A stretch of 64,000 nt of DNA, from assembly GCA_963666365.2 (NCBI GenBank), contig CAXXNF010000002.1:160001-224000 (forward strand). Direction: 5' to 3'. Position numbers and translations under genes: made by a program. Source of the DNA: Syntrophales bacterium. GTDB lineage: Bacteria > Desulfobacterota > Syntrophia > Syntrophales > UBA2210. The notes beneath the pieces are model-generated. The model searched no databases and was not told the origin of the DNA. It saw nothing but the letters and a program-made list of their open reading frames with translations. Below are positions 50,872 through 60,577 of this stretch, in pieces. Positions within the stretch are counted from its first letter, which is position 1; every line of letters starts with the position of its first letter.

Positions 50872-51664
50872 GGTAAAACCCCATCCGGTACAGCCGATCG
50901 GCCAAGGCCTGTGCCTGTTCACGGGCGCTGCCCCCCAACATTTCGGCTCGCGCCCTTCGTTCGGGTGACGTAAGATCAACGATCTGTGTGGGAGATCCCT
51001 CGAGCCCTATCCACGGTTCTTTCAAGATCATGTCGTCGGCAGTGAGAACACGGACATCCTTGGCTTCCCCATCGAGAATGTTCATCAGGGTAATGTAACG
51101 CGGTTCATTCAGATCCCTGATCACAGAGAGCACCATGGGCGCTTTGAGTTCGGCGACGACGTAGCCCGCCTCGAATCGGCTTCTCACGCGAAAGAGGCCG
51201 TCGTCCGTCACATCGATGGCACTTACATGCATCAGATTGGGTACTCCCAGAAATTCCGCTATTTGCGGGCTGACCTGAGAGGTGCCGCTGTCGGTAGTTT
51301 CATCGCCACAGAGCAAAAGATCGAAGGGGCCCGTTGTTTTGACGGCTGCCGCAATAATGGAAGCGGTGGCCAGGGTATCGGAACCGGCAAATCTCCTGTC
51401 GGAAAGGACAATAAGATGATCGGCGCCCATGGCGAGGGCCTCCCGCAGCACGGAAATGCAGCCTTCGGGCGCCATGCTGATAACGGTAACCTCGCCCCCG
51501 AAACGGTCGCGGAGTGCGATTGACGCTTCGAGGGCGTGTTTGTCCAGCGGATTGATTACTGTGGGAACATTATGCCGCACCATCGTTTTTGTGTTTTCAT
51601 CAAGGGTGATCCTGTTTGCATGTTTGGGATCGGGCACCGGCTTTATGCACACGATAATCCGCAT
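50864..51664 (-). CDS. etfB: Electron transfer flavoprotein beta subunit
   Basis: IIVCIKPVPD, INPLDKHALE, FAGSDTLAT, NEPRY, GLEGSPT. Confidence 0.94.
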   Translation of the reverse strand: MRIIVCIKPVPDPKHANRITLDENTKTMVRHNVPTVINPLDKHALEASIALRDRFGGEVTVISMAPEGCISVLREALAMGADHLIVLSDRRFAGSDTLATASIIAAAVKTTGPFDLLLCGDETTDSGTSQVSPQIAEFLGVPNLMHVSAIDVTDDGLFRVRSRFEAGYVVAELKAPMVLSVIRDLNEPRYITLMNILDGEAKDVRVLTADDMILKEPWIGLEGSPTQIVDLTSPERRARAEMLGGSAREQAQALADRLYRMGFYHG

Positions 51665-51682
51665 TCCCTGTACCTTGCCTTT

Positions 51683-52825
51683 CTATTGATACTCTTTTGT
51701 CGCCACACGGGAGAGTACAAGTTTTGCAATCTCAGCCGTGCCTCCTGCAGGAACTGCCACAAGGGCATCTCGCATAAGCCTCTGAATGGGGTACTCTTTA
51801 AGAATCCCATAGCTGCCGTGAATCTCGACCGCCTTTCGCGCCGATCGTGCTGCGGCTTCACAGATCCACTGCTTGGCCATGGTGCATGCCGTATCGGCGG
51901 GAACGTTGTTGTCCAGCATCCAACCGGCCCGATAGGCGAGAAGTCGCGCAATGTGAAGGTCTGCATAAATTTCGCTTATGTACCACTGGATTGCCTGGAG
52001 GTTTGAGATGGGTTTGCCGTACAGTTCGCGCTCGGTGGCAAACTTGACCGCTTCTTCAATAACGGCGTTCAGTATGCCGAGACCGACACAGGCCATTCCG
52101 GGCCTTCCGCAATTTCCGATAGTGCCGAGGGCGACGGCCATGCCGTTCCCTTCACCACCGATCAGATTTTCCGCAGGGACTACGCAATCCTGGAATACCA
52201 GTTCGCCCGTATTGGCGCCGCGAAGCCCCACTTTGTCTTCCACATGACCCGCTTTTGCGCCGGGGAAATCCTTTTCCACGATGAAGGCCGACATGCCCTT
52301 ACGTCCCTCGCCTGTCATCGCCGGTACGACCCAGGTATTTGATACATGCGCATTGGTGATGAAGCATTTCCTTCCATTGAGAATGTACGTGTCACCTTCG
52401 CGTCTCGCCGTCGTTTTCATGTTGGCCACATCCGACCCGCCCGAGGGTTCCGTAACGGCCACCACTCCCAGGGTTTCGCCGTTTGTCAATGGGGGGAGAT
52501 ATTTCTTCTTCTGTTCTTCAGTGCCGAAGACGTTAAGCGCATAGGTGCACATATGGTGAACCTGCAGCGACATAGGCATGGCGGGGCAGACTCGTCCAAG
52601 CTGTTCAAGCACCAGGATGCGGGCCAGATGTCCCAGACCGGCGCCCCCGTACTCGCGGGGGGTAATGACGCCGAGTATTCCCATATCCGCCAATCCCTTC
52701 ATGAGATCCAGGGGAAATTCCCCCGTCTCTTCCATCTTTTCCATTCGTGACGGAATTTCTTTTTCAGCAAACTCCCTGATCGAACGCTGGAGCATCTGAT
52801 CCCGTTCCGTTAATGCGAAATCCAT
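51683..52825 (-). CDS. Acyl-CoA dehydrogenase (short-chain/butyryl-CoA type)
   Basis: TEPSGGSD, LNGRKCFITN, KVGLRG..TGELVF, IHGSYG, GGTAEI. Confidence 0.92.
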   Translation of the reverse strand: MDFALTERDQMLQRSIREFAEKEIPSRMEKMEETGEFPLDLMKGLADMGILGVITPREYGGAGLGHLARILVLEQLGRVCPAMPMSLQVHHMCTYALNVFGTEEQKKKYLPPLTNGETLGVVAVTEPSGGSDVANMKTTARREGDTYILNGRKCFITNAHVSNTWVVPAMTGEGRKGMSAFIVEKDFPGAKAGHVEDKVGLRGANTGELVFQDCVVPAENLIGGEGNGMAVALGTIGNCGRPGMACVGLGILNAVIEEAVKFATERELYGKPISNLQAIQWYISEIYADLHIARLLAYRAGWMLDNNVPADTACTMAKQWICEAAARSARKAVEIHGSYGILKEYPIQRLMRDALVAVPAGGTAEIAKLVLSRVATKEYQ

Positions 52826-53019
52826 AATTCCTCCTTACCTGTATTGATAGTATTTATTTGAGATACAGCTGTGCATACCTGAAAATTCCGGGCGGCGCTT
52901 CTGTACACTATGAAAAAGCGTCGCCTGATATGAATACAGAAGTATGAATTTTTTGTCAATGAAGATAATGATTTTCCCCTACAGGGAATAGGGATGGCGA
53001 TGCGGCGCCTCCGGGGCGT

Positions 53020-53445
53020 TCAGACGGCGGCATCTTTGATGAACTTGAGTAGGAGCCTTTTGATATAGCGGTTATCCGAAAACCCCTTACGCTTTACAAT
53101 GGTCTTGCAAAGGCGAAGTTTCGCGGGGTCTTTCATCAGCTCTTCCAGAAAAAGTCGCTGGCTTTTTACGAAGCCGTCGAAACGTATCTGTATGCCCTGT
53201 TCTTCCGAGAAGGGAAGGCCGCTTTCTCTTTCCACATCTTCCGGCGATAAATCAAGGCCGGCGATCATTTTGAGGAAATAGTCTCCCGTAATGTTACGAG
53301 TATTTTGGGAAAATTCGCTGAACCGCTGGGGAGAAAGGCCGGCGTTTTTCATGAACTGGCCTTTCGTGATTCCCTTTGACTGGGCATAATTCCAGAGGAA
53401 ATCAAAATATTCGTTGAAGTCGGTATCTTTTTTTCTTGATGCCAT
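53020..53445 (-). CDS. XRE/Cro-like helix-turn-helix protein
   Basis: SKGITKGQFMKNAGLSPQRFSEFSQNTRNIT...KMIAGLDLS fits the XRE HTH pattern. Confidence 0.6.
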   Translation of the reverse strand: MASRKKDTDFNEYFDFLWNYAQSKGITKGQFMKNAGLSPQRFSEFSQNTRNITGDYFLKMIAGLDLSPEDVERESGLPFSEEQGIQIRFDGFVKSQRLFLEELMKDPAKLRLCKTIVKRKGFSDNRYIKRLLLKFIKDAAV

Positions 53446-53452
53446 GGGTGGA

Positions 53453-53480
53453 ATACTACCAGAATTATGATACGTGTCAA
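53453..53480 (-). promoter_or_regulatory. Sigma70 promoter, probably producing a leaderless mRNA
   Basis: TTGACA-N16-TAGTAT with extended TG; -10 ends 7 nt before the ATG; no SD. Confidence 0.6.
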
Positions 53481-53523
53481 TAATAATTTACATCATCTTC
53501 ATGAGTCTCAGGTTCCTTCCTTA

Positions 53524-54042
53524 TCATCGCGCAATCCACCGCTCCATTCGTGGAAGTTCTTCCGTGCTCCAGCGGGCATCTCCCCGCAGTTTCAGAAAGA
53601 GGGCAAACAGTCGTTCCATCATTCCCATTGCTTTTTCTAGTACATAAATCCTCTCGAGCATCCGTCCTTCACGCTCGGCCTCGTCTTCTTCCGTTTCCTG
53701 CCTTGCGGGCGTTTTCATGGACTGGAAGGTGAAATCGTCAGCCTTGAAGATGAATTCCCATTCATCACTTTCGATGTTCATTTTCAGGCGTGCCTCTTTG
53801 ATTTTTTTCCCCATTTTCAAAGCTGCCTTTCCTTCCTTGAGATCGGCATGAAGCCCTTTGCAGAGAACCGTCTCGGAATATTCGCCTTCACCAGACTCAA
53901 GCACTATTCTCTGCAGAAAGGCAATGCCGATGTCGCCCAGCCCCTCAACCATGATATTGCCGTTTCGTTCTTCGCTCTTACACCAGAGCCATGTGAGAAA
54001 TTCTCTGCCCAGAAACACCAGGTCGCTTCGTTCTAATTCCAT
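53524..54042 (-). CDS. RdgC-like protein, C-terminal half
   Basis: FLGREFLTWLW...EGKAALKMGKKIKEARL...LERIY; directly follows the RdgC N-half. Confidence 0.7.
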   Translation of the reverse strand: MELERSDLVFLGREFLTWLWCKSEERNGNIMVEGLGDIGIAFLQRIVLESGEGEYSETVLCKGLHADLKEGKAALKMGKKIKEARLKMNIESDEWEFIFKADDFTFQSMKTPARQETEEDEAEREGRMLERIYVLEKAMGMMERLFALFLKLRGDARWSTEELPRMERWIAR

Positions 54043-54065
54043 ACTATTTTCCTTTGGGGTTCACG

Positions 54066-54653
54066 CTATTTTTTAATTGCTGCAAGCAGTTCAGCTGTGC
54101 GGGAGTCCGCGAAAGCCGGATCCCAGGGAAAAAAATGAACCGCTGTCAGGTTGAAGGAGCGCTTGAAGAGATCCTCGAAGTCATCAAAGACCTTTGGAGA
54201 GAGGGTGCCCAGGATCAGCCATCCCTGAGACAGGGCCCAGCACACCTCGTAAAAAGAAGGAACAGGGGGTGTGTTTCCCAGAAGTTCCCGTCTCACGGCT
54301 TCGCGGATTTCAGCCCGCTGTTCCCGGTACAGCTTTTTGAGATTGTTCTCCTTGATATACTGTCTTTCCGCTTCCAGAACTTTCAGCTTCAGGAGGGCCG
54401 GCGGGACCGCTCTTCTGTCGATGCGCAATGAAAACACTGCATAGTCGGCGAGTGAGTAATTCGCATACTCAAAATTTGTATCGAGTACGTTTTCACTGCT
54501 GGTCCACCCCAGGGACTTCTCCTCCAGCCCCGTTGATATTTCCCGAAACGCGTGGAGTTTGATCTGCGTATCAAAGAAGTTCCTGAAATCATTAGGCATA
54601 TCGCCGATCACCCGATACCGGGTAAATGTTGCACTCCCTTTAAGCACACCCAT
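54066..54653 (-). CDS. Recombination-associated protein RdgC-like, N-terminal half
   Basis: MGVLKGSATFTRYRV, EKSLGW, FSLRIDRRAVPPALLK, EIREAV..ELL, LFKRSF. Confidence 0.8.
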   Translation of the reverse strand: MGVLKGSATFTRYRVIGDMPNDFRNFFDTQIKLHAFREISTGLEEKSLGWTSSENVLDTNFEYANYSLADYAVFSLRIDRRAVPPALLKLKVLEAERQYIKENNLKKLYREQRAEIREAVRRELLGNTPPVPSFYEVCWALSQGWLILGTLSPKVFDDFEDLFKRSFNLTAVHFFPWDPAFADSRTAELLAAIKK

Positions 54654-54802
54654 ATGTGTTCGATCCTTTCAAAATACCGACACCCTATGGCATCGGTTCA
54701 CGACAAGGTCAAGAAAAAAACCCTCCCTCGCTCACTTTTAATGTTCTGACCGATGTGTGTCCTATGCAATCAATCTGCTCGGCAGTGTGTTTACAGGCGA
54801 GG

Positions 54803-56092
54803 TTATGAGGCCGTCGCCAGACCGGGCAGAAAAAGGGCTATTTGAGGAAAGGCCATGAGCAGAATTGTCGCCAGGATCAGGATCAGTAAAAAGGGAACTG
54901 TATGGCCGATAACTTCCAGATAGGGCCGTCTGAAGATAAGCTGTGCCGTGAATATGTCGCAGCCGAAGGGGGGGGTGGCAGAGCCGATGGCGGCCTGCAG
55001 CGTCACCAGGACGCCCAGCAGAATCGGGTCGACGCCCGCGCCTACCACATAGGGCTGAAAGACGGGACTCAAAATGAAGATGGCGACAATCGGATCCACG
55101 AACATGCAGGCGAAGAAATAGACACATACCACGATCGTGATGACCCAGAGCATTGAAGGATCGGCGCCGAAGAGCGGCGGCAGCAGTGTTTCGGGGATCT
55201 GAAGAAACCCGATAAGAAAGGAAAAAGCCTGTCCCGCTCCGACAAGAATGAACACAACGCCGGTAATCACGCCGGTGCGGAGAAAGGCATCGATCATTCG
55301 GTGAAACGTCATTGTTCTGTAAATAAAAGATTCGAGAATGAAGGCATACAAGACCGCAACAGCGGCAGCTTCAGTAGGGCTGAAAATGCCCGCATAGATG
55401 CCGCCCACGATGATGAAGGGAAATCCCATCACCGGGAGACCACGGTGCACCGCCGACAATCGTTCGGACCAGGTTGCCCTGGGAAGTGTGGGGATTCTTT
55501 TTATTTTGGAATATACATAGCAGTAGAGGGAAAACAAAAACAGGATCATCAACCCGGGGATAACGCCGGCCAGGAACAGTGTTCCAATGGAAGTGTTCGT
55601 GGCCACACCGTAGACGATGAACCCAATGCTCGGAGGGATCAGAAAAGCGATATCGCTTGCATTGATGATCAAACCCAGTGTGAAGGGGCTTTTATAGCCC
55701 GCCTCCAGAAGCATTGGACGCATGGCGCCGCCGATTGCCGCGACGGTTGCTTGTGTGGAGCCGGATACCGCACCAAAAAGAGTGCAACTGGCATTAGTGG
55801 TGATGGCCAGTCCGCCCGGCAGATGCCCCACGAACATTTTAAGCATTGCGATCAGGCGATTGGCCGATTTCCCGGAAGTGATAATCGCGGCCGAAAGGAT
55901 GAACATGGGCACGCACACCAGTGCCGGCTGCGTGATGCCGGTGAGCGCCTGCTGTACTATGGCGATGATCATAGCCGGGGCCATATCGGGCATGTAAAGT
56001 GCGAGATACAGGAGGATCGATCCCAAAAGAGTGACCATAAAGGGAAAGCCGAAAAGGAGCATGGCGGCAAGGGAAAGGCCGAATAGTTTCAT
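54803..56092 (-). CDS. TRAP transporter large permease (DctM, TeaC-like)
   Basis: CVPMFIL, FGAVSGSTQATVAAIG, LIPPSI, FSPTEAA, TPPFGCDIF. Confidence 0.93.
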   Translation of the reverse strand: MKLFGLSLAAMLLFGFPFMVTLLGSILLYLALYMPDMAPAMIIAIVQQALTGITQPALVCVPMFILSAAIITSGKSANRLIAMLKMFVGHLPGGLAITTNASCTLFGAVSGSTQATVAAIGGAMRPMLLEAGYKSPFTLGLIINASDIAFLIPPSIGFIVYGVATNTSIGTLFLAGVIPGLMILFLFSLYCYVYSKIKRIPTLPRATWSERLSAVHRGLPVMGFPFIIVGGIYAGIFSPTEAAAVAVLYAFILESFIYRTMTFHRMIDAFLRTGVITGVVFILVGAGQAFSFLIGFLQIPETLLPPLFGADPSMLWVITIVVCVYFFACMFVDPIVAIFILSPVFQPYVVGAGVDPILLGVLVTLQAAIGSATPPFGCDIFTAQLIFRRPYLEVIGHTVPFLLILILATILLMAFPQIALFLPGLATAS

Positions 56093-56673
56093 GGGCTGTC
56101 CCCTGTGATGATTTCATCTTCGTATTCACTCTTCTGATCCGGTGACTGCCAGGGATCCGGTTCAATAAAGTTTTTGATGATGGTACGGATGTATTGAATG
56201 CAGGCCAGGGCAAACCCTGTGGGAATGATGAGGTAAAAAGTCCATTTCGGCAGCCGCAGCGCCGGCGTCAAATGACCCATGGATCTGGCGTTTATAAGAT
56301 ATTCCCATGAGGCCCAGGCCATCACTGCCATCACCGAGGCGCTGACGAGCGATATTATGATGATACATATTTTTTCCAATGCCGGCGGCATGGCATCAAG
56401 AAAGGCGCCCATGCGTATATGGCGGGCCTTGCGGACGCCATAGCTCACACCCGTGAAGGTCAGGAGGATAACAAGAAATGTGGATACTTCTTCTGCGTAG
56501 TAAATGCTCTGAAAAAAGGTGCGGGCAAAGACATTGGCAATTAACAAAAGGGCCAGCGCGGCGACACAGAAGACCAGAACGGCGACCTCGACGGCGTTGA
56601 CTATTGTGCCGAAGATGCGGTTAAGAGTGTGGAGTCGCCGGAATTTTTCGCTGTGGTCGCTGTCTGCCTTCAT
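56089..56673 (-). CDS. TRAP transporter small permease (DctQ, TeaB-like)
   Basis: NVFAR..SIYYAEEV..GVRKARHIRM..TPALRLP. Confidence 0.92.
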   Translation of the reverse strand: MKADSDHSEKFRRLHTLNRIFGTIVNAVEVAVLVFCVAALALLLIANVFARTFFQSIYYAEEVSTFLVILLTFTGVSYGVRKARHIRMGAFLDAMPPALEKICIIIISLVSASVMAVMAWASWEYLINARSMGHLTPALRLPKWTFYLIIPTGFALACIQYIRTIIKNFIEPDPWQSPDQKSEYEDEIITGDSP

Positions 56674-56693
56674 AACGATAGGTAGTGTGTCCG

Positions 56694-57743
56694 TTAGTTG
56701 ATGCTGAGCGCCTTTTTGGCGTTCGCGATATCTTTCAGAAGGGCCTTCAGAATGTTCTCTGCACTTTCTCCCCCAATCTCGCCATACAGTGGGTAGACAC
56801 TCTGAGCCCGCGTCTTGAAGGGGGTGAGGGCATCTTCGTCAAGTACGCGAAATGTCAGTGAGGGTTTCGACGCTTTCATTTTTTTCATATCCGAGAGGTT
56901 GCGTTCATGAATCCATTCCCCTGCGGGTATAATTGCGTCTATCCAGAATCGCCGGATCTCCTCACGGGTCTCTTCGGGCAATCCGTCGAAGAATGTCTGG
57001 TTGACCGTGGGGATGCTTATAAACGGCTCATTTCGGAGTTGTGCGAAGTAGTCCTGCACCTCGTAAAATTTCATGCTGAAGGCGGCAAACAGGGGGTTGA
57101 CCTGTCCATCGATCAATCCCATCTGGAGCCCGCTATAGACCTCGCCATATGACATGGGTGTGGGGCTGGCGCCGTAAGCCCTGTAATTTTCAACCAGCAT
57201 TTTGGATGACATCAATCGTAATTTGACATTCTCCATGTCTTCGAGAGAGTTGATCGCTTTTTTCGCACTTACCCATTGCCAGCCTTCAAACATAATTGAC
57301 AGGGGGACCAGGCCTTTTTTACGGAATGCTTCTTCCAGAAGTGGTAAAAATCGGCCTTTTCTGGCCATCCAATCGAGTATTTCCGGCACCTTTCCGGAGG
57401 GAAACAGGTAGTGCAGTGCCAGAGCCTGAGCTTGGGGCACGAATGAACTTATCCAGGCATGATCAGAAAAGACAAACTGCACTACGCCCATCTGGGCGAG
57501 CTCATTGATGTCTCCCGATGCCCCCAGTGTGCCGTAGGGATAGACGGCGATGCGTATTTTGCCGTCGGACCATTTTTCCATATGGGCAGAAAAGCGTCGT
57601 CCCCAGACCGTCATAAAATCCCCTTCGATTTCTTCTGAAGCCAGTTTGGCATTGACCTGACCGCCGCGGTAATGTGCGGCCGAAGCGTAATCAAGGGGAA
57701 AAAGCACGAAAAGGGCAATAAAAAAGGTGATCAATTTTTTCAT
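56694..57743 (-). CDS. TRAP substrate-binding protein (DctP, TeaA-like)
   Basis: Signal peptide, EEIEGD, GTLG, KLRLM, GASPTPMSYGEVYSGLQMGLIDGQVNP. Confidence 0.92.
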   Translation of the reverse strand: MKKLITFFIALFVLFPLDYASAAHYRGGQVNAKLASEEIEGDFMTVWGRRFSAHMEKWSDGKIRIAVYPYGTLGASGDINELAQMGVVQFVFSDHAWISSFVPQAQALALHYLFPSGKVPEILDWMARKGRFLPLLEEAFRKKGLVPLSIMFEGWQWVSAKKAINSLEDMENVKLRLMSSKMLVENYRAYGASPTPMSYGEVYSGLQMGLIDGQVNPLFAAFSMKFYEVQDYFAQLRNEPFISIPTVNQTFFDGLPEETREEIRRFWIDAIIPAGEWIHERNLSDMKKMKASKPSLTFRVLDEDALTPFKTRAQSVYPLYGEIGGESAENILKALLKDIANAKKALSIN

Positions 57744-58009
57744 GATTCAGCTCATTCAATTAAAAGTTACTTGGTGTTTTTTGTTTGAAGCTCTAAAGGC
57801 ATTAAAAAACTATGAGTCGGTCCCTTAACCGCCTTCGCGCAAAGGGAGCGTTTTGCAGCCTCTTCGAGGTGTTGAGTGAAATGTACATGAAGCCTGCACG
57901 CCATAAGACCCTTTGTGTACCGTATTTGCAAGAGGGTTGTCAAGTGTGCTGTCGAGACGGCCCAATTACGCATGGACAGCATATTTTTTTTGTGATAGAA
58001 ATTCGAGTC

Positions 58010-58858
58010 ATGAATATCACAAACGTGGGAATCATAGCGAACAGCAGGAAAGAGAGCGCCGCACAGGACTCCCGTCGTCTCGGTGAGTGGCTCTCAGTGA
58101 GGGGGATTACCGTACATTTTGACAAGGAAATTGCCGCGCAAATCGGGCAGGAGCCGGGAATTCCTAGACGGGAACTTCCCAAACTTTCCGATATGATCGT
58201 CGTATTCGGCGGCGATGGCACCCTTCTTATGGCAGCCCGGTGTGTACAGGGCTATGACGTTCCCATTTTAGGCGTCAATCTGGGCGCTTTCGGTTTTATG
58301 ACTGTGGTCAATCTGAACGAAATGTTCAGTGCCATGGAGCATATTCTTAAGGGCGACTGTAAGACGACAAAACGTATGATGCTTGATGCATCGATGGCCG
58401 GAAAGGATCTTTCTGCATTAAACGACGTGGTTATCAACCGGGGTAATCTGTCCCGGATGGTAAACCTGGAAACATTTGTGGATGACCAGTACCTTACGAC
58501 CTTCAAGGCTGACGGGCTGATTATATCAACCCCCACCGGTTCGACGGCCTACTCGCTTTCCGCGGGCGGTCCCATCGTGTTTCCCGAACTCAATTCGATG
58601 ATCATTAATCCGATCTGTCCTCATACATTGACGAACAGGCCGATTATGATGCCCCCGGAGGTGACGATACGGGTGGTGCTGTGGACGCAGGAAGAGGGCG
58701 CAACGGTCACACTGGACGGGCAGGATTCCTTTGTGCTCAAATCGGGCGATGCCGTGACGATCCGTAAATCGAATCATTGTGTAAATCTGTTTGAATCGCC
58801 GCACCGGAACTATCTGGAAGTATTGCGCAGTAAACTGGGGTGGGGCGGACTCCCTTAA
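58010..58858 (+). CDS. nadK: NAD kinase
   Basis: GGDGTLL, LNDVV, ADGLIISTPTGSTAYSLSAGGP. Confidence 0.96.
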   Translation: MNITNVGIIANSRKESAAQDSRRLGEWLSVRGITVHFDKEIAAQIGQEPGIPRRELPKLSDMIVVFGGDGTLLMAARCVQGYDVPILGVNLGAFGFMTVVNLNEMFSAMEHILKGDCKTTKRMMLDASMAGKDLSALNDVVINRGNLSRMVNLETFVDDQYLTTFKADGLIISTPTGSTAYSLSAGGPIVFPELNSMIINPICPHTLTNRPIMMPPEVTIRVVLWTQEEGATVTLDGQDSFVLKSGDAVTIRKSNHCVNLFESPHRNYLEVLRSKLGWGGLP

Positions 58859-58863
58859 GTGAA

Positions 58864-60549
58864 ATGCTGGCCGAACTCTCTATTAAAAATTTTGCCATCA
58901 TCGATTCTCTTAATGTGACCTTTGCCGATGGTCTGAATGTCATTTCCGGTGAAACAGGTGCGGGAAAATCGATCATTGTCGGTGCCGTGAATCTGCTTTT
59001 AGGGGATCGTGCTTCCAATGAAATGATACGATCATCGGAAGATTCGGCCGTGGTTGAAGCGCGGTTCGTTTTGGAGGAGGGGGAGAAGATAACTGCTTGG
59101 CTTCAGGACATGGGATTCCATGAAGACGGCGATCTTGTGGTAAGAAGGATTATTGCGCGTTCCGGGAAAAACAGGGTCTTTATCAACGGCAACCTTGCCA
59201 CACTGAACATGCTTTCGTCGCTGGGCGAGTTTCTAGTGAATATCTGCAGTCAGCATGCGCACCAGGTGATTCTGCAGACCGACAGGCACATAGACATCCT
59301 CGATGAATTCGGCAACCTCCTGGGCATGAGAAATGAATATGCCGGTCATTTTCATCAGTATCAGGCGCTTAAGGAAAAACGGAATGTGCTTTTGAGGGCG
59401 AACGATGAAAAAAGTCAGAGGGAAGAACTCCTGCGATTCCAGGTTGATGAAATTGAAAAAAGCGATATACAGATAGGAGAAGATGTTGCGCTCAAGGATG
59501 AAAAAAAGATTCTTTCCAGTGCCCAAAAGCTCAGAGAGCATGGGGAAAGCGCCTATCACGTTCTTTACGGGAGGGAGGGATCGCTGCTGGAGGAACTGGA
59601 CGGCATCAGGGAGAAGATTCGAGAAATAAGGGGAGTCGACCAGGGATTTATGGTGAAGGAACAGGATGTGGATTCTCTCTATTTCGGCCTTGAGGATATC
59701 GCATTCGGTCTGAGGGAATATCTCAAGCATATACGGGACGACCAGGGAAGGCTCGAAGAAATTGACGACCGGCTGGAATTGTTGGGAACCCTGAAGCGTA
59801 AGTACGGAACGACGCTGGAAGATGTCCTTCTACGACGGGATGCCATGATGGCGGAACTGGAAGAGATGACTCGCCTGGAGGAAGAGATTGCTCTCTGTGC
59901 ACGAGAGCTGAGTGCGAAGGAAGCCCTTCTGACGGAGATGGCTGAAGGGCTTTCGGACCTTCGGAAAAAGTGGGCTCACACACTGGAGGAGCATGTGGAG
60001 AAAGAAATTCATGAGCTCTGCATGGAAACTACTGCCTTCAAAGTCGTATTTACCTGTGATTCCCATGCAGAAGCCCCTCCCGTGTTTACTGAAAAGGGAA
60101 TTGACGGCATTGAGTTTTATCTTTCCACCAACATCGGTGAAACCTTGAAGCCGCTGCATCGGATTGCGTCGGGCGGAGAGCTCTCAAGAATCGTACTTGC
60201 CCTGAAAAAGGTGCTTGCCACGGCGGGATCGGTGGGAACGGTCATTTTCGACGAAGTGGACAGCGGCATCGGGGGCGCCGCCGCTGAGATGGTGGGATAT
60301 AAGCTGAAGGATGTGGCGAAACATCATCAGGTTATCTGTATTACTCATTTACCGCAAATCGCCTGCTTCGGCGACACCCACTATCTGGTAACCAAGGCGG
60401 TCGCAGGAGGCAGGACGCATACGGAAGTGGCGCCCCTGAATGCATCGGAGCGCCTTGATGAAGTCGCCCGTATGCTGGGAGGGGTGGAAACAACGGAAAC
60501 CACACGCCGGCACGCCGCGGAAATGCTGCAAGGATCACGCCGGAGTTGA
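58864..60549 (+). CDS. recN: DNA repair protein RecN
   Basis: LSIKNFAII, SGETGAGKS, ASGGELSR, IFDEVDSGIGG, ITHLPQIA. Confidence 0.97.
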   Translation: MLAELSIKNFAIIDSLNVTFADGLNVISGETGAGKSIIVGAVNLLLGDRASNEMIRSSEDSAVVEARFVLEEGEKITAWLQDMGFHEDGDLVVRRIIARSGKNRVFINGNLATLNMLSSLGEFLVNICSQHAHQVILQTDRHIDILDEFGNLLGMRNEYAGHFHQYQALKEKRNVLLRANDEKSQREELLRFQVDEIEKSDIQIGEDVALKDEKKILSSAQKLREHGESAYHVLYGREGSLLEELDGIREKIREIRGVDQGFMVKEQDVDSLYFGLEDIAFGLREYLKHIRDDQGRLEEIDDRLELLGTLKRKYGTTLEDVLLRRDAMMAELEEMTRLEEEIALCARELSAKEALLTEMAEGLSDLRKKWAHTLEEHVEKEIHELCMETTAFKVVFTCDSHAEAPPVFTEKGIDGIEFYLSTNIGETLKPLHRIASGGELSRIVLALKKVLATAGSVGTVIFDEVDSGIGGAAAEMVGYKLKDVAKHHQVICITHLPQIACFGDTHYLVTKAVAGGRTHTEVAPLNASERLDEVARMLGGVETTETTRRHAAEMLQGSRRS

Positions 60550-60577
60550 TGCAATATGATGAAATGGTGGGAGTGAT

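Noticed and set aside
57744..57920. Possible riboswitch (c-di-GMP or c-di-AMP) upstream of the TRAP dctP
   Set aside because: Only short hairpins; conserved aptamer motifs not found
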